IMG/VR virus record: IMGVR_UViG_3300028364_000013
Reading direction: 5' to 3' (one strand)
DNA: 64,000 nt
DNA from: a virus
Taxonomy: Duplodnaviria > Caudoviricetes
In this document: one piece after another, positions 18,361-27,877 of the stretch
Layout: every line of letters starts with the position of its first letter
How positions within the stretch are numbered: the first letter of the stretch is position 1
Notes under the pieces: model-generated
Databases searched by the model: none
Told to the model about the DNA's origin: nothing
Seen by the model: only the letters and a program-made list of their open reading frames with translations
Program-made: the position numbers and the translations under genes

Positions 18361-18563
18361 TGATAGGCACTGTGTTTATACCTACCGTTACCTGCAAGTT
18401 TTAAAAAGAAAAAAGCCCTTCCCATCAACCGACATGCTATACAAACACCCAGCAATGCTATGACTTTCAATAAACTCAATCTTGTGACCAGCAATTTCAT
18501 AAACTTTAATTTCATCAAGTTCAAACTCATCTTTCTTTCCAAAAAGTCTTTTCCAAAAACCCA

Positions 18564-19367
18564 CTATTTTCTGTTCATAAATTCATATCCATACCACTTA
18601 TACTTGCTGTAATCAACAAGTTCTGCAGGCTTCCAGGTTTTTGTCCAGTGCTCATCAGTTTTAACGTGACCCTGGCGAACCAGTTTGAACAAATTGTTGA
18701 ATTCGTTATGATGCACGTCAAGAACTCCAGCGTTTCTACTATCGTATCCTTCAATGTTTCTAATCACAAATCCTTCAGATGAGTCAGCTCCAGTATCAAG
18801 GTCGTATCCACCAAGCAACCCTGGAGTATCAACACTTTCAACCCAAGTCATTCCCAGATTCTCTTTTAACCAATTGTCAAGCAAAACATCTTCATCAACA
18901 TCATCACGATAAAAATCTTTCAATGTTGTTTTAATAGGAATCACTGGAACCGTTGGAAAATCAAACATGGCAGCGTAGAACTGGACTTCCTCCCAAGATA
19001 ACCACTTGCCATTTTCTCTGGCAGCGAATACATAATAATAAGATTCAAGATTCTTGTAAGCAACAGAGTGAATTCCATACATGTTCTCGCCAAACAATTC
19101 AAGCTTACCAAGGTCATTTTTAATCAACTCCCAGCGTTCACGCATTGGCTTATCCCAAGGATGTGCTGTTGGAGTAACATGACTTCTGGCAAATACTCCT
19201 TCTTTTTTGAAGTGGTTATTTTGTCCATCAAGCTTTTCTGTCATTACAAGCTCTGGCATTTCAGCAAAAGCCTTGACGTAACCCTTAGGCATGAAGCGGT
19301 CATCAGATGTCGTTCCGAGCGAAATCTTTGCATGAAGGCATCTTCCATATTTATCCTAGCTACTCAT
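18564..19367 (-). CDS. RNA ligase (Rnl2-like ATP-dependent nucleotidyltransferase) with in-frame TAG at codon 4
   Basis: MSS*DKYGRCLHAKISLGTTSDD; TEKLDGQN, FGENMY, EGFVIR, FKLVRQGHVKTDEHW. ATG overlaps the upstream TAA (TAATG). Confidence 0.8.
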
Positions 19368-19555
19368 TATTTTAACTTTTTCTTAATCCTACAAAGTTCG
19401 AGATATACCTCTTCAACCTCTTCTATAAATTCATCACTATAATCTCCGCTTCCCCATGTTTCTGGGTCCAGAAATTCTCTTAAATCCTTAACAGCATCAC
19501 GAACATTAGCTCTGACACTTTCTATTTTCTCATCTGCTGTTGTAGTTGCACTCAT
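19367..19555 (-). CDS. Small hypothetical protein
   Basis: Coupled on both sides (ATGA, TAATG). Confidence 0.65.
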   Translation of the reverse strand: MSATTTADEKIESVRANVRDAVKDLREFLDPETWGSGDYSDEFIEEVEEVYLELCRIKKKLK

Positions 19556-20022
19556 CTTCTTATTCCTTTTTTGTATAATTTATAACTATTCTCTACATAT
19601 AGATAATCGTAGTTGTCAAGGCACCTATAAAGATTCGTTCTCAGAATATTTATATCATACTTGAAGTGTTCTTCGATTCCTCTGGTTATGTCATCAATTA
19701 TAACAAAATAATCAACATCATTATCGTCAATCCAGTGCTGAATTTCATCAGCTCTTCCATTGTCAAGTTCTGGTGTTAACCCGATTACTTCAGCTTCAAT
19801 TCCTCTTTTTTTGAATAGGTCTTGAAATACTTCTAAGCTTCTCGTTTTTCTCCAGGTTGATGAAACTACAATCTTACCATCAATGTGATTGGTTATTTTA
19901 TTTAATGCATCAATTGCTGCAGGTTCAAAAAGGTGACCATCAACATCTCTATTTTCTGTTGAGTTTCCCATCTTTAACCAAGAAGCCAACACTCCGTCTA
20001 TATCTAAAAATACTATATTCAT
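19552..20022 (-). CDS. HAD phosphatase of the Swiss-Army-Knife RNA-repair type (HAD_SAK_2-like)
   Basis: IVFLDIDGVL, IVVSSTWR, RADEIQHW, FVIIDD. Confidence 0.8.
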   Translation of the reverse strand: MNIVFLDIDGVLASWLKMGNSTENRDVDGHLFEPAAIDALNKITNHIDGKIVVSSTWRKTRSLEVFQDLFKKRGIEAEVIGLTPELDNGRADEIQHWIDDNDVDYFVIIDDITRGIEEHFKYDINILRTNLYRCLDNYDYLYVENSYKLYKKGIRR

Positions 20023-20063
20023 TATACGCAAATATAATTAAAATGTTCTTTTCGTGAAAGGGT

Positions 20064-20996
20064 TTATTGATTTTTATTATCCAACCTGGATGCTGGCCTT
20101 TTAATATCCCAATGCTTTGGCATATATTTAGGCTTCATTGTGTCAATGAAATGTTTTCTCCACATTTCTACAAATGCCTGAATTGAATCTGGGCCTTCAA
20201 GTATTAATTTCTCAACAACAATCTCTCCATGAGATTTCATCTTCTTAGCTTCATCGTAACTAATTTCAATTAAGTTATCAATTACTTTTTGAGTTACATT
20301 TTTCCTTCCAGTGTAGATTCTAATCTTTTCTTTATGGTCATCTAATTTATCTTTAGGGATTTGGTCTCCATGATTTTTAATTGCATGCGCAGATTTTATA
20401 GCATAAAATAATTCATGATTTATAGTTGAGCTACCTTCAAGAGGAGCATTGTATTTCTTTGCTAATTTTATCTTTAGCTTATCAGCAACTCTCTCGTACT
20501 CATAATGCTCATTACTTCTTATCGGAACTATGTCATGAGAATTAGCGCTCTTATATTCTTCTGGAAAATACTTTCTGTAGCAATATGGAGAAATGTGATG
20601 TGTTGTCAATGACTCAAGAATTTTACTTCCAGTTACAACACACCTATTTTTCTTTTTAGATAAAGAATACTTATCTCCCTTATTCCCTTCATCTTTAGGT
20701 TCAAAGTTAAATTGTATCTTTCTACTTTTCATTTTAACTGAAAAAATAGTAAACAAGAAATTTAAAATAGGATTTATATGCTTTATCTCGAAAGCTAAAG
20801 GTTTCTTGGTTTTTTCATCAACACGACTAAGGTACCAGTCAATTTTTTTATCAACACAGAGAAACATTAAATTACCATCTGGAGAATAAACTCTACAATT
20901 TACATAGATTTCATTCTTTCTCGAATTACCATTATACTTAAGAAAGTTTTGAGCTTTAGAGTCGTAGGATGTTGTTTTGGATTTTCTCATATGCAA
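20064..20996 (-). CDS. HNH-like protein resembling the C-terminal domain of EXD2
   Basis: YVNCRVYSPDG..M..C..K..WYL, FEP, NRCVVTG, HHISPYCYRKYFP...KSANSHDIV. Confidence 0.55.
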   Translation of the reverse strand: MHMRKSKTTSYDSKAQNFLKYNGNSRKNEIYVNCRVYSPDGNLMFLCVDKKIDWYLSRVDEKTKKPLAFEIKHINPILNFLFTIFSVKMKSRKIQFNFEPKDEGNKGDKYSLSKKKNRCVVTGSKILESLTTHHISPYCYRKYFPEEYKSANSHDIVPIRSNEHYEYERVADKLKIKLAKKYNAPLEGSSTINHELFYAIKSAHAIKNHGDQIPKDKLDDHKEKIRIYTGRKNVTQKVIDNLIEISYDEAKKMKSHGEIVVEKLILEGPDSIQAFVEMWRKHFIDTMKPKYMPKHWDIKRPASRLDNKNQ

Positions 20997-21043
20997 TTAT
21001 ACGACAAAAAAAACAATTATGTTCTAAAGTGTTGATAAAAAGT

Positions 21044-21658
21044 TTAAAAATCTTTTTCTTGTGGGAACTCGTGAGGGCCATCGCTAACGCTAATATTCAA
21101 GGAGTGTCCTCCAGTTTTTTCTTTAGGAAACTCTCTTGGTTGACCTGGTTTCAAACCATTGCCTCCAATTGACATATCAATTTCTTCAATATCATCTCTG
21201 TTAATACCACCTTCGTTTGCTGCGAGATAATCAGCAGTTCCTTGAAAGGTTTTAATTCCATATCTATTGTCAATTCCATGCTCTTTTATGAACCAACCTT
21301 TTGGAACTCTCATGGATGCTTCTGCAGCAAATCCTGGTATTGGATACCAATCTCCTTGAGTTTTGGAGCCCGTACCTTTCATAGAACTGTAAAACAATAC
21401 AACCGTGCCGTCTGGGTATCCTACTTCAGCAAGAGCTCTTCCACTTCTTTCTCCAGTAGATAAAACTTGCAAACCTGCAATATTGTCTGAATAGTTATTA
21501 TCAAGCTTTGCGCCTGTTGATTTTAACTCAGCCAACTTATCATATATCTTTATAGGTGGAAAGTCGTAATTCTTGTCGTTAGTCGTGTGTCCTTCATTCA
21601 TGACTACGAATATAGAACTTTTTTTTAACTCTTCTCTTATTATTTTTCTAATATCCAT
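21044..21658 (-). CDS. Hypothetical late protein with IREE leader
   Basis: MDIRKIIREELKK. Confidence 0.65.
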   Translation of the reverse strand: MDIRKIIREELKKSSIFVVMNEGHTTNDKNYDFPPIKIYDKLAELKSTGAKLDNNYSDNIAGLQVLSTGERSGRALAEVGYPDGTVVLFYSSMKGTGSKTQGDWYPIPGFAAEASMRVPKGWFIKEHGIDNRYGIKTFQGTADYLAANEGGINRDDIEEIDMSIGGNGLKPGQPREFPKEKTGGHSLNISVSDGPHEFPQEKDF

Positions 21659-22662
21659 CATAACAACCAATCTGCATTAGGATTATAACTTATTAAGTCT
21701 CCGTTGAAGTACTTCTTAAGCATCTCTTCGTGATTAACCTTAGGAATATCTGGCATTGCCATTTGTTGACCTTGCATTCTAATGTATTCTTCTCTTAATT
21801 TTTGGTAACTTGCGCTTCCTGGACCAATCCAAGACTTAGCTTCTTTGCACCAAAAAAGTTTATCATCAGCTATTCCAAAATGCTCAACCATGGTTCTATG
21901 ACACTTGCTTTTAGTTTCAGAAAGGTCAACATGCTCCGCTATTCTAAAGTTTGTATTAAACAAAGTATTAAAACTCTTAAGTAAATCATTCACTCTTCTA
22001 TAGGTGTGATTTTCCATATTAAAGCTCTCGCCTTCAAGAAGGACTGACTCTTGGTCTATTTGAATTTGGTTTCTATGATTTAACTTTATATCCTTTGGTT
22101 TCACTTCACAAAACAAATACATCATAAGAGATGTGTGAACTGATTCATAAAACTGCTCCTTACCAGAAGGTTTTCCACTCCTATCAAGAAGTCTGTTTTT
22201 TTTGATTGCGTAACCCATTGTCTTCTTTTCAAGTTGGGTCATATTGTCTTGCATTGGATATGTGGTCCTACTCGCTCTCACTGGAAGTCTGTCAATATTA
22301 TCAACTCCTATGTCATGAAGGGTTGCTGCTTTTCCGCCAACTCTAAATGAAGAATCTTCAGCTTGAGAGCTCTCAATCACGCTTTCACTCTTCGGGTCGT
22401 ATGAATTGTAGGTATTTATAATTGACTTAACATTCATTTCTGGAATGCCGAGAAACTTTGATGCACCTTTGATGTTTGACTCAGTAATAGACTTTGGGTC
22501 AACCTCACAAAGTTCTTGTAGGTAATATTTTTGATTTGTGTTAAAATCCCACTTTAAGTGGTTGAAAGTTGTAGGTACAGGAACTGAAGCATAACCCTTA
22601 TAATAAGATTCGCTCAACACGGTCTTTTGAACCTCTTCCCTTATTAGCTTTCTTATATCCAT
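21658..22662 (-). CDS. Hypothetical late protein with IREE leader
   Basis: MDIRKLIREEVQKTVLSE. Confidence 0.7.
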   Translation of the reverse strand: MDIRKLIREEVQKTVLSESYYKGYASVPVPTTFNHLKWDFNTNQKYYLQELCEVDPKSITESNIKGASKFLGIPEMNVKSIINTYNSYDPKSESVIESSQAEDSSFRVGGKAATLHDIGVDNIDRLPVRASRTTYPMQDNMTQLEKKTMGYAIKKNRLLDRSGKPSGKEQFYESVHTSLMMYLFCEVKPKDIKLNHRNQIQIDQESVLLEGESFNMENHTYRRVNDLLKSFNTLFNTNFRIAEHVDLSETKSKCHRTMVEHFGIADDKLFWCKEAKSWIGPGSASYQKLREEYIRMQGQQMAMPDIPKVNHEEMLKKYFNGDLISYNPNADWLL

Positions 22663-22664
22663 TA

Positions 22665-23276
22665 TTATTCACCAACACTTATTGTAAATAAGGTTCCAGT
22701 TGGAGTATCCATTGTTGGAGTATCTACAATCTTTTCAGCAACCTCATTGATTCCTCCAAGAATATCTAAAAGAGACTGCTTAGCTCTTATGTCGCTTACA
22801 TACTTTGCAGTACCCATTAAGTCCTGCTTAATTTCGTCATCAATTTCAGCAGCTTCGTAATCACCACTTTCAAAATCATCAAGACCTTTTCCTACTCTTA
22901 TGTATTTTAGATTGTCGTTAATGTAGTTTTCTATAACATCACCATCAAGTTCCCAATCGCCTAAATCAACATCAGGCATTCCGTCTTCATCATATCCATT
23001 AAAAGCCTCCTCTCTATCTGCATATTCTGCATAATCATCATTATCTTCTAACTCAGTGTTGTAGACATAAAGTCTTCCTTTTTTATCTTTTACAATTGCA
23101 AAACCAGCATTACCTGCATACCAGATTACTTCAAAGCTTATTTCGCTTGCAGTATTTCCCTTTCTTGTGTTGTCAGTTTGGTTCCATGGTGCAGATGAAT
23201 CGTACTGAGCTCCTGCTGGATAGTTCTCATTTAGAGCTTTCCTAATTTCTTGTTGTATAATTTTCTTAATATCCAT
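22665..23276 (-). CDS. Acidic late protein with IQQE leader
   Basis: MDIKKIIQQEIRKALNE. Confidence 0.7.
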   Translation of the reverse strand: MDIKKIIQQEIRKALNENYPAGAQYDSSAPWNQTDNTRKGNTASEISFEVIWYAGNAGFAIVKDKKGRLYVYNTELEDNDDYAEYADREEAFNGYDEDGMPDVDLGDWELDGDVIENYINDNLKYIRVGKGLDDFESGDYEAAEIDDEIKQDLMGTAKYVSDIRAKQSLLDILGGINEVAEKIVDTPTMDTPTGTLFTISVGE

Positions 23277-23278
23277 GT

Positions 23279-23626
23279 TTAATCAATGTTAACTTCCCCA
23301 AGTCTTTTAGCCACTTCTGACTTAACTTCTGGAGATGATGTTTTAAAATAACTTTGTACTGCTTCGTTTATGTGCTTCAATGCCTCGCTTAGATGTTTGT
23401 CAACTTCTGGGTTTGTTCCAGACAAACCTAATTGCTCTTTAACTTTTTTCGATGAACCCTGAATATCTTGCATGAATGATAGACCAGCTGAAACTTGGGC
23501 CTCAAAAGCCTCATAGTCCTGACGGTCATGATACTGCCTTTCTTCTGCAGCATAGTCATAATCCTCACTAATAAATTTAGCTATTTCTTCTGATACTATT
23601 TTTCTAAGATTTTTTTCCATAATCAA
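23279..23626 (-). CDS. Late protein with VSEE leader
   Basis: LRKIVSEEIAKFISE; TATTTATA at 23634-23641. Confidence 0.7.
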   Translation of the reverse strand: MIMEKNLRKIVSEEIAKFISEDYDYAAEERQYHDRQDYEAFEAQVSAGLSFMQDIQGSSKKVKEQLGLSGTNPEVDKHLSEALKHINEAVQSYFKTSSPEVKSEVAKRLGEVNID

Positions 23627-23653
23627 GCTTTAATATAAATAGGATAAAAAATC

Positions 23654-24028
23654 CTATTTAGCATCATAAAGCTTGTTATCTTGCGCCAATACTCTGGCTA
23701 CATTTTCTACTTTTTCTAAAGTATCCTTATACACGAAAGAGTCGTGCTTATATGGGTTATAGTATATTTCTCTAAACTTAGAAACATCCATTCTTTCGTC
23801 AAGACACCTATAAGAACAAGGCTCAACATAAGCGTGAACACCTTTTCTCTTGTCTCTAATAACTTTCTGCCTTCCAGCTTCATATATCTTGAAGTTGCAG
23901 TTTTCAAGCATCGCAACAGAGACTCTATCGGTCACACGGTAGCCACGCCTCTCCTGGAGATACGATTGAATTGAGAAATTTCCCTTGTGTAGATTTCGAT
24001 ATACCCTAAACGGCTTTATCTTCTTCAT
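23654..24028 (-). CDS. Conserved phage hypothetical protein
   Basis: VYRNLHK..FS...GRQKV...KRKGVHAYV..YYNPYK. Confidence 0.7.
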   Translation of the reverse strand: MKKIKPFRVYRNLHKGNFSIQSYLQERRGYRVTDRVSVAMLENCNFKIYEAGRQKVIRDKRKGVHAYVEPCSYRCLDERMDVSKFREIYYNPYKHDSFVYKDTLEKVENVARVLAQDNKLYDAK

Positions 24029-24082
24029 AATGCAAATGTATAGTTTTTAATTAAGGAAAATTACCTACTAAACCATGTTTTT

Positions 24083-24352
24083 TTACATATAAGGCTTGCT
24101 GATTATACAAGCCTCCTCCACACTCTTCTTTGCTTTTCCAACTTCTTTTGAAGCTTCGTTTAGAGCTTTGGCCAACCTATTTCGTCCACCCTTCGTATCT
24201 TCCATTGAGTCGAGGAATAGTTTTCCAGATAATCTATCTAATAAATGTTCTAAAGATTTATAATGAAGATTACTGATGTCATCAGCAAGCTCATTTATTG
24301 TGCCATCGTATTTCTCAACTTCTTTCTTGTGTTTTTGACATGTGTTTCTCAT
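24083..24352 (-). CDS. Hypothetical protein
   Basis: 89-aa ORF. Confidence 0.6.
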   Translation of the reverse strand: MRNTCQKHKKEVEKYDGTINELADDISNLHYKSLEHLLDRLSGKLFLDSMEDTKGGRNRLAKALNEASKEVGKAKKSVEEACIISKPYM

Positions 24353-24409
24353 ATAATAATATAATAAAAAATATATTTATAATCAAGAACTTCTTTGCGC
24401 ATATGGCGG

Positions 24410-25114
24410 TTAAGATTCTTTGATTTTATTAATTAAAATAATTAAATCTTCATCAGAATGTCTATTTTTCATATAGTTAACACCCAAAACAACCCATCTA
24501 ACATTGTTTTTTATATAGCCTAATTTGTTATCAACCCTATCTAAAGAAGCTGTTTCATAAATCTTAGTATCACTTTCTCTATTAGGCAATTTAATAGATA
24601 TACCTGTAATTCCACACAACCCATTCTGCTCATCAAATAGTACTTCTAAATATTTACTATCCAAATCACACTCATAACCTTTTTTCTTAGACCTTTGAAT
24701 TACTCCTTGTAAATAACAAGAAAAAGGATTGAAGGCTAGGGCGCCAAAACACTTACTTGAACAGGTGTTTTTATCTTTAATGTCTTTTTTGCTTTTAAAG
24801 TATTCTTTACCACAAATATAACATGATACAGGATGTATTCTATTAGATTTAATGTGATTAATAGTAATGTTTGGATAAATATTCTTTAAAGATTCGTATT
24901 TGTTTAAATGACTTTTATTTATAGTATCACTATTTCTATACTCACCAACCTGCTTTAGCACTTTAAGTTTGTTTTCTAAATAATGCTTGTGCCTATATTT
25001 TTTATGACAAGACTTGCAAATTGACGATAAGCCGCTTTTCTTGCTTTTGTTTTTAGAAAAATCATCTATAGTTCTTTTAACATTACATTTTGGACATTTC
25101 TTTATTTTACACAT
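24410..25114 (-). CDS. HNH-like homing endonuclease
   Basis: CGITG...ASLDRVDNKLGYIKNNVRWV...VNYMK. Confidence 0.8.
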   Translation of the reverse strand: MCKIKKCPKCNVKRTIDDFSKNKSKKSGLSSICKSCHKKYRHKHYLENKLKVLKQVGEYRNSDTINKSHLNKYESLKNIYPNITINHIKSNRIHPVSCYICGKEYFKSKKDIKDKNTCSSKCFGALAFNPFSCYLQGVIQRSKKKGYECDLDSKYLEVLFDEQNGLCGITGISIKLPNRESDTKIYETASLDRVDNKLGYIKNNVRWVVLGVNYMKNRHSDEDLIILINKIKES

Positions 25115-25199
25115 ATCTATATTTTATAATAAATAGTGTTAAAATTTAAAAAGCCTCCAAACACGCTATGTGTTGATATAACGTGTTTGGAGGCTTTTG

Positions 25200-25277
25200 C
25201 GCAGATGTCAGGATTCGAACCCGAACAGAATTAACACGGGGTTGGAATCCGCTTAGCTCACCAATGCATGCACCTGC
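25200..25277 (-). tRNA. tRNA-Trp (CCA), atypical D arm
   Basis: GCGGA-TTCCAAC-CCCGT; G73. Confidence 0.65.
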
Positions 25278-25309
25278 GTATATTTTGTGACCGAGGGAGG
25301 ACTCAAACA

Positions 25310-25807
25310 TTAATCAATTATCCCTCCATGTATTTCTCTATGACAATTTGAACATACTAAAATGCATTTATCTAATTCTTTTTTTACAGAATCAGTTAAT
25401 TTTAAAAGTTTAATTCCACCCAGTTGAAAATCTTTTTCTTTCGGGTCGAGATGATGAAATTCCAATGCTCCACAATATTTATCATATCCGCACTTTTCAC
25501 AACACCCTCCTTTATATTTAACTGCAATAATTTTAAACCCCCTTTGCCTTTCAACTGTTTGCTCGTTAGTACAAGGCTTGCAATATGATGATGCTCCAGC
25601 CTTTCCTTTTCTTTGATAAAATTCTACCAACTTCTTTTCTTTGCTACATCTCGGACACACTCTTTCTGTTTTTTCTCTGCTCTTACTTTTTAATTCATAC
25701 TTCTTAAGCCAATACCTAATTGTAGTCTGACTTAAATTAAATTCATAACCCATTTGTCTTGTGGTCATTTTTTTATCAACCGACTTTTTTAACAACTCTT
25801 TTTCCAT
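25310..25807 (-). CDS. HNH endonuclease with N-terminal HTH
   Basis: CEKCGY...ALEFHHLDP...CILVCSNCHREIH. Confidence 0.85.
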   Translation of the reverse strand: MEKELLKKSVDKKMTTRQMGYEFNLSQTTIRYWLKKYELKSKSREKTERVCPRCSKEKKLVEFYQRKGKAGASSYCKPCTNEQTVERQRGFKIIAVKYKGGCCEKCGYDKYCGALEFHHLDPKEKDFQLGGIKLLKLTDSVKKELDKCILVCSNCHREIHGGIID

Positions 25808-25857
25808 ACTAATAAATATGAAAAAAAAATATTATTTCATTTTGAGCTATAACTCTG

Positions 25858-25931
25858 AGGCCTTAGCGAGATTCGAACTCGCAACCTTTTGTTTAGGAAA
25901 CAAAAACTCTGTCCAGTTGAGCTACAAGGCC
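25858..25931 (-). tRNA. tRNA-Arg (CCT)
   Basis: TTTGT-TTCCTAA-ACAAA. Confidence 0.85.
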
Positions 25932-26020
25932 AAGTGATGCAAGCAAGCCAGGTTCTGCTCCTGGTTCCGCCTAAGCGGTATGCTCTGATGAACGTTCTTT
26001 TACAACATTACTCACATCTT

Positions 26021-26103
26021 TGGTACACCAGGCGGGATTCCAACCCACATTTTCAGCTGCAATTACGGATAGCAATTTAGAAAAATGCCTCGGCTACTGG
26101 TGC
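26021..26103 (-). ncRNA. Degenerate tRNA-like RNA lacking a D loop, CCA encoded
   Basis: GCACCAG/CTGGTGT-ACCA; T arm GTGGG-TTGGAAT-CCCGC. Confidence 0.4.
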
Positions 26104-26125
26104 TTATTTTTATAACTTTATTTTT

Positions 26126-26699
26126 CTAAATATCTTTTTTTCTTGCAGAATTTTTATTCTTTGATTTATATGTATCTAACTGTGAATCGCAATTAGGACA
26201 AATTAATCGTAAATTATTTCTTAAATTATTACCAGCATCTCCATCTATATGGTCTAAAATAAAAACAATTTCCTTATCATTCCAAGTATTGGAATTATTA
26301 CATATATCACATCTATTTTCTTGTTCTTTTAATATGTGAGATTTAATAAAATGCATATTTCTAACATAACAAAAATCACTTTGATTATTTAAGTAATTTT
26401 CATAAAATTTATTCTTTTTATATTTTTTTTCACATATTTTACCACAAAACTTTTGATTATAATGAGTTGTTAATTTAAACTCTTCATTACAATTAAGACA
26501 GTTTACCTCTTTTTTTATTCCTTTATTATGTGGCACATGCTCAGAATTAAACTTCTTTCTTTTTCTCTAACACAATACCTAATTTAATAGCATTTCTCCT
26601 TATTGTTGTATCAGAAACTTTATATTTTTTAGCCACTTCAGTATAAGATAATTTTTCAACTATAATTAACTGATATAATTCTTCTTTATTGTATTTCAT
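26126..26699 (-). pseudogene. HTH plus HNH endonuclease with a frameshift at an A run (about 26560)
   Basis: LDHIDGD..NN...NLRLICPNC; N-terminal MKYNKEEL... in another frame. Confidence 0.7.
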
Positions 26700-26796
26700 A
26701 TTATAATTTTATTATAAATATAAATATTTTTAACAAACCGATTACTAATGATAAATTGTTTTACACCTATGCATAATCGACTTGCAAACATATATG

Positions 26797-26870
26797 TGAC
26801 TCCGATAGGATTCGAACCTATAACCGTCAGGGTAGAAACCTGATGCGCTATCCAGTTGCGCCACGGAGCC
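26797..26870 (-). tRNA. tRNA-Arg (TCT)
   Basis: TCAGG-TTTCTAC-CCTGA. Confidence 0.9.
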
Positions 26871-26876
26871 ATTTTG

Positions 26877-26963
26877 CGGAAGTAATGGGGCTCGAACCCA
26901 TGCACCCCTTGCGGGGCCTAATAACTTTCCAAGCTATCCTCTTTACCATTTGAGTATACTTCC
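26877..26963 (-). tRNA. tRNA-Ser (GGA)
   Basis: Loop TTGGAAA, long variable arm, G73. Confidence 0.9.
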
Positions 26964-26970
26964 ATTAATA

Positions 26971-27062
26971 TGGCGGAGAGAGAGAGATTCGAACTCTCGA
27001 TACCAGTTTCCCAGTATAACACCTTAGCAGGGTGCCGCCTTCAACCACTCGGCCACCTCTCC
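26971..27062 (-). tRNA. tRNA-Ser (GCT), CCA encoded
   Basis: CACCC-TGCTAAG region, long variable arm. Confidence 0.9.
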
Positions 27063-27071
27063 GTATTTTTG

Positions 27072-27144
27072 TGGATTCAGCAGGATTTGAACCTGCAACC
27101 AACCCCTTTGCAAGAGCCGCTCTATCCAGTTGAGCTATGAATCC
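27072..27144 (-). tRNA. tRNA of uncertain identity (GCA in a weak anticodon arm)
   Basis: Good acceptor, D and T arms; anticodon stem poorly paired. Confidence 0.5.
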
Positions 27145-27166
27145 AAGGGAACCATGTCTTCCCTCT

Positions 27167-27254
27167 TGGCGGTAGATATGGGGTTCGAACCCATGTTCCC
27201 TTTCGGGGCTACCTGTTTAGCAAACAGGCCTCTTTACCATTTGAGTAACCTACC
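27167..27254 (-). tRNA. tRNA-Ser (GCT), CCA encoded
   Basis: CCTGT-TTGCTAA-ACAGG. Confidence 0.9.
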
Positions 27255-27257
27255 AGT

Positions 27258-27343
27258 TGCACGGGGGTGAGGATTCGAACCTCACTCATCTTAAGGGAGC
27301 GACCCCTCAGATTTCCAGTGTAGCTACACTTCAAACCCCGTGT
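27258..27343 (-). ncRNA. tRNA-like RNA with non-canonical middle
   Basis: CACGGG/CCCGTG acceptor, GTGAGG-TTCGAAT-CCTCAC T arm, no recognisable anticodon loop. Confidence 0.45.
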
Positions 27344-27349
27344 ATATTG

Positions 27350-27438
27350 CGGAGGCGGCAGGATTCGAACCTGCGGACCCCTTTCAGGGCCACTGCTTTT
27401 CAAGAGCAGCGCAATAAACCAGACTCTGCCACGCCTCC
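27350..27438 (-). tRNA. tRNA-Ser (TGA)
   Basis: CTGCT-CTTGAAA-AGCAG. Confidence 0.9.
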
Positions 27439-27443
27439 GTATT

Positions 27444-27611
27444 TCAATTTTCTTCTTTATAACGTTTTATAAAGAACTCTCTTAATTCTTCCTTCCTTTT
27501 AATTGATGCCTTGATTCTCGCCACCTTTTCTGGAGAAGGGTCTGTATCAACTGTAAATTTGATTCCATTTTTCTCACAATAATCTGTCATTTCTTCAAAA
27601 CAATTTTCCAT
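27444..27611 (-). CDS. Small hypothetical protein inside the tRNA cluster
   Basis: MENCFEEM... Confidence 0.45.
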   Translation of the reverse strand: MENCFEEMTDYCEKNGIKFTVDTDPSPEKVARIKASIKRKEELREFFIKRYKEEN

Positions 27612-27625
27612 CTTTCTATTTTTTG

Positions 27626-27713
27626 CGGAGGGAGAGGGGGTCAAACCCTCAAGGCCGTTAAGCTCGCTGGGGTTCAAAACCAGTGCAGTCGTCTACTTTC
27701 TGCTTGCCCCTCC
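27626..27713 (-). tRNA. tRNA-Ser (TGA)
   Basis: CTGGT-TTTGAAC-CCCAG, long variable arm, G73. Confidence 0.8.
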
Positions 27714-27726
27714 GTATTTTTTGGCA

Positions 27727-27877
27727 CAAAAAAAACCCTAATTCAAAAAGAACCAGGGTTTCAAATATTTTTATAACAGTATCGTTACATAACATTTTGA
27801 CATACCAGTGTTCTTTCCGTAGCTCTATTCGAACTCGAACTCCATCTGGACCATCTATTTGTTATTACTGTTTTCAT
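27727..27877 (-). promoter_or_regulatory. 30-aa leader ORF (27877-27785) and terminator (27727-27762): putative attenuator of the Ser/Arg/Trp tRNA cluster
   Basis: MKTVITNRWSRWSSSSNRATERTLVCQNVM; hairpin AAACCCTGGTTC-TTTTT-GAATTAGGGTTT plus U tract; TAGATTTG promoter at about 28040-28047. Confidence 0.7.

Larger units (their letters stand above)
17688..18395 (+). mobile_element. Integron-like array: three attC-like hairpins and two complete cassettes, no integrase in window
   Basis: Cassette ends are exact complements: GTTACCCACC (17775)/GGTGGGTAAC (17993) and GTTATGTGCC (18048)/GGCACATAAC (18270); imperfect inverted repeats between each TAAC and the next GTT. Confidence 0.65.

Noticed and set aside
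18357-18542. Read-through extension of the RNA ligase into the 61-aa ORF
   Set aside because: In frame but not protein-like; the natural ORF there is in another frame (GTG 18562, MGFWKRLFG)
26021-26870. Additional amber suppressors (CTA seen in loops at about 26075 and 26833)
   Set aside because: Stem register places TCT, not CTA, at the anticodon position in both
27258-27343. tRNA-Sec
   Set aside because: No UCA anticodon loop and no 8-bp acceptor with Sec-type D arm
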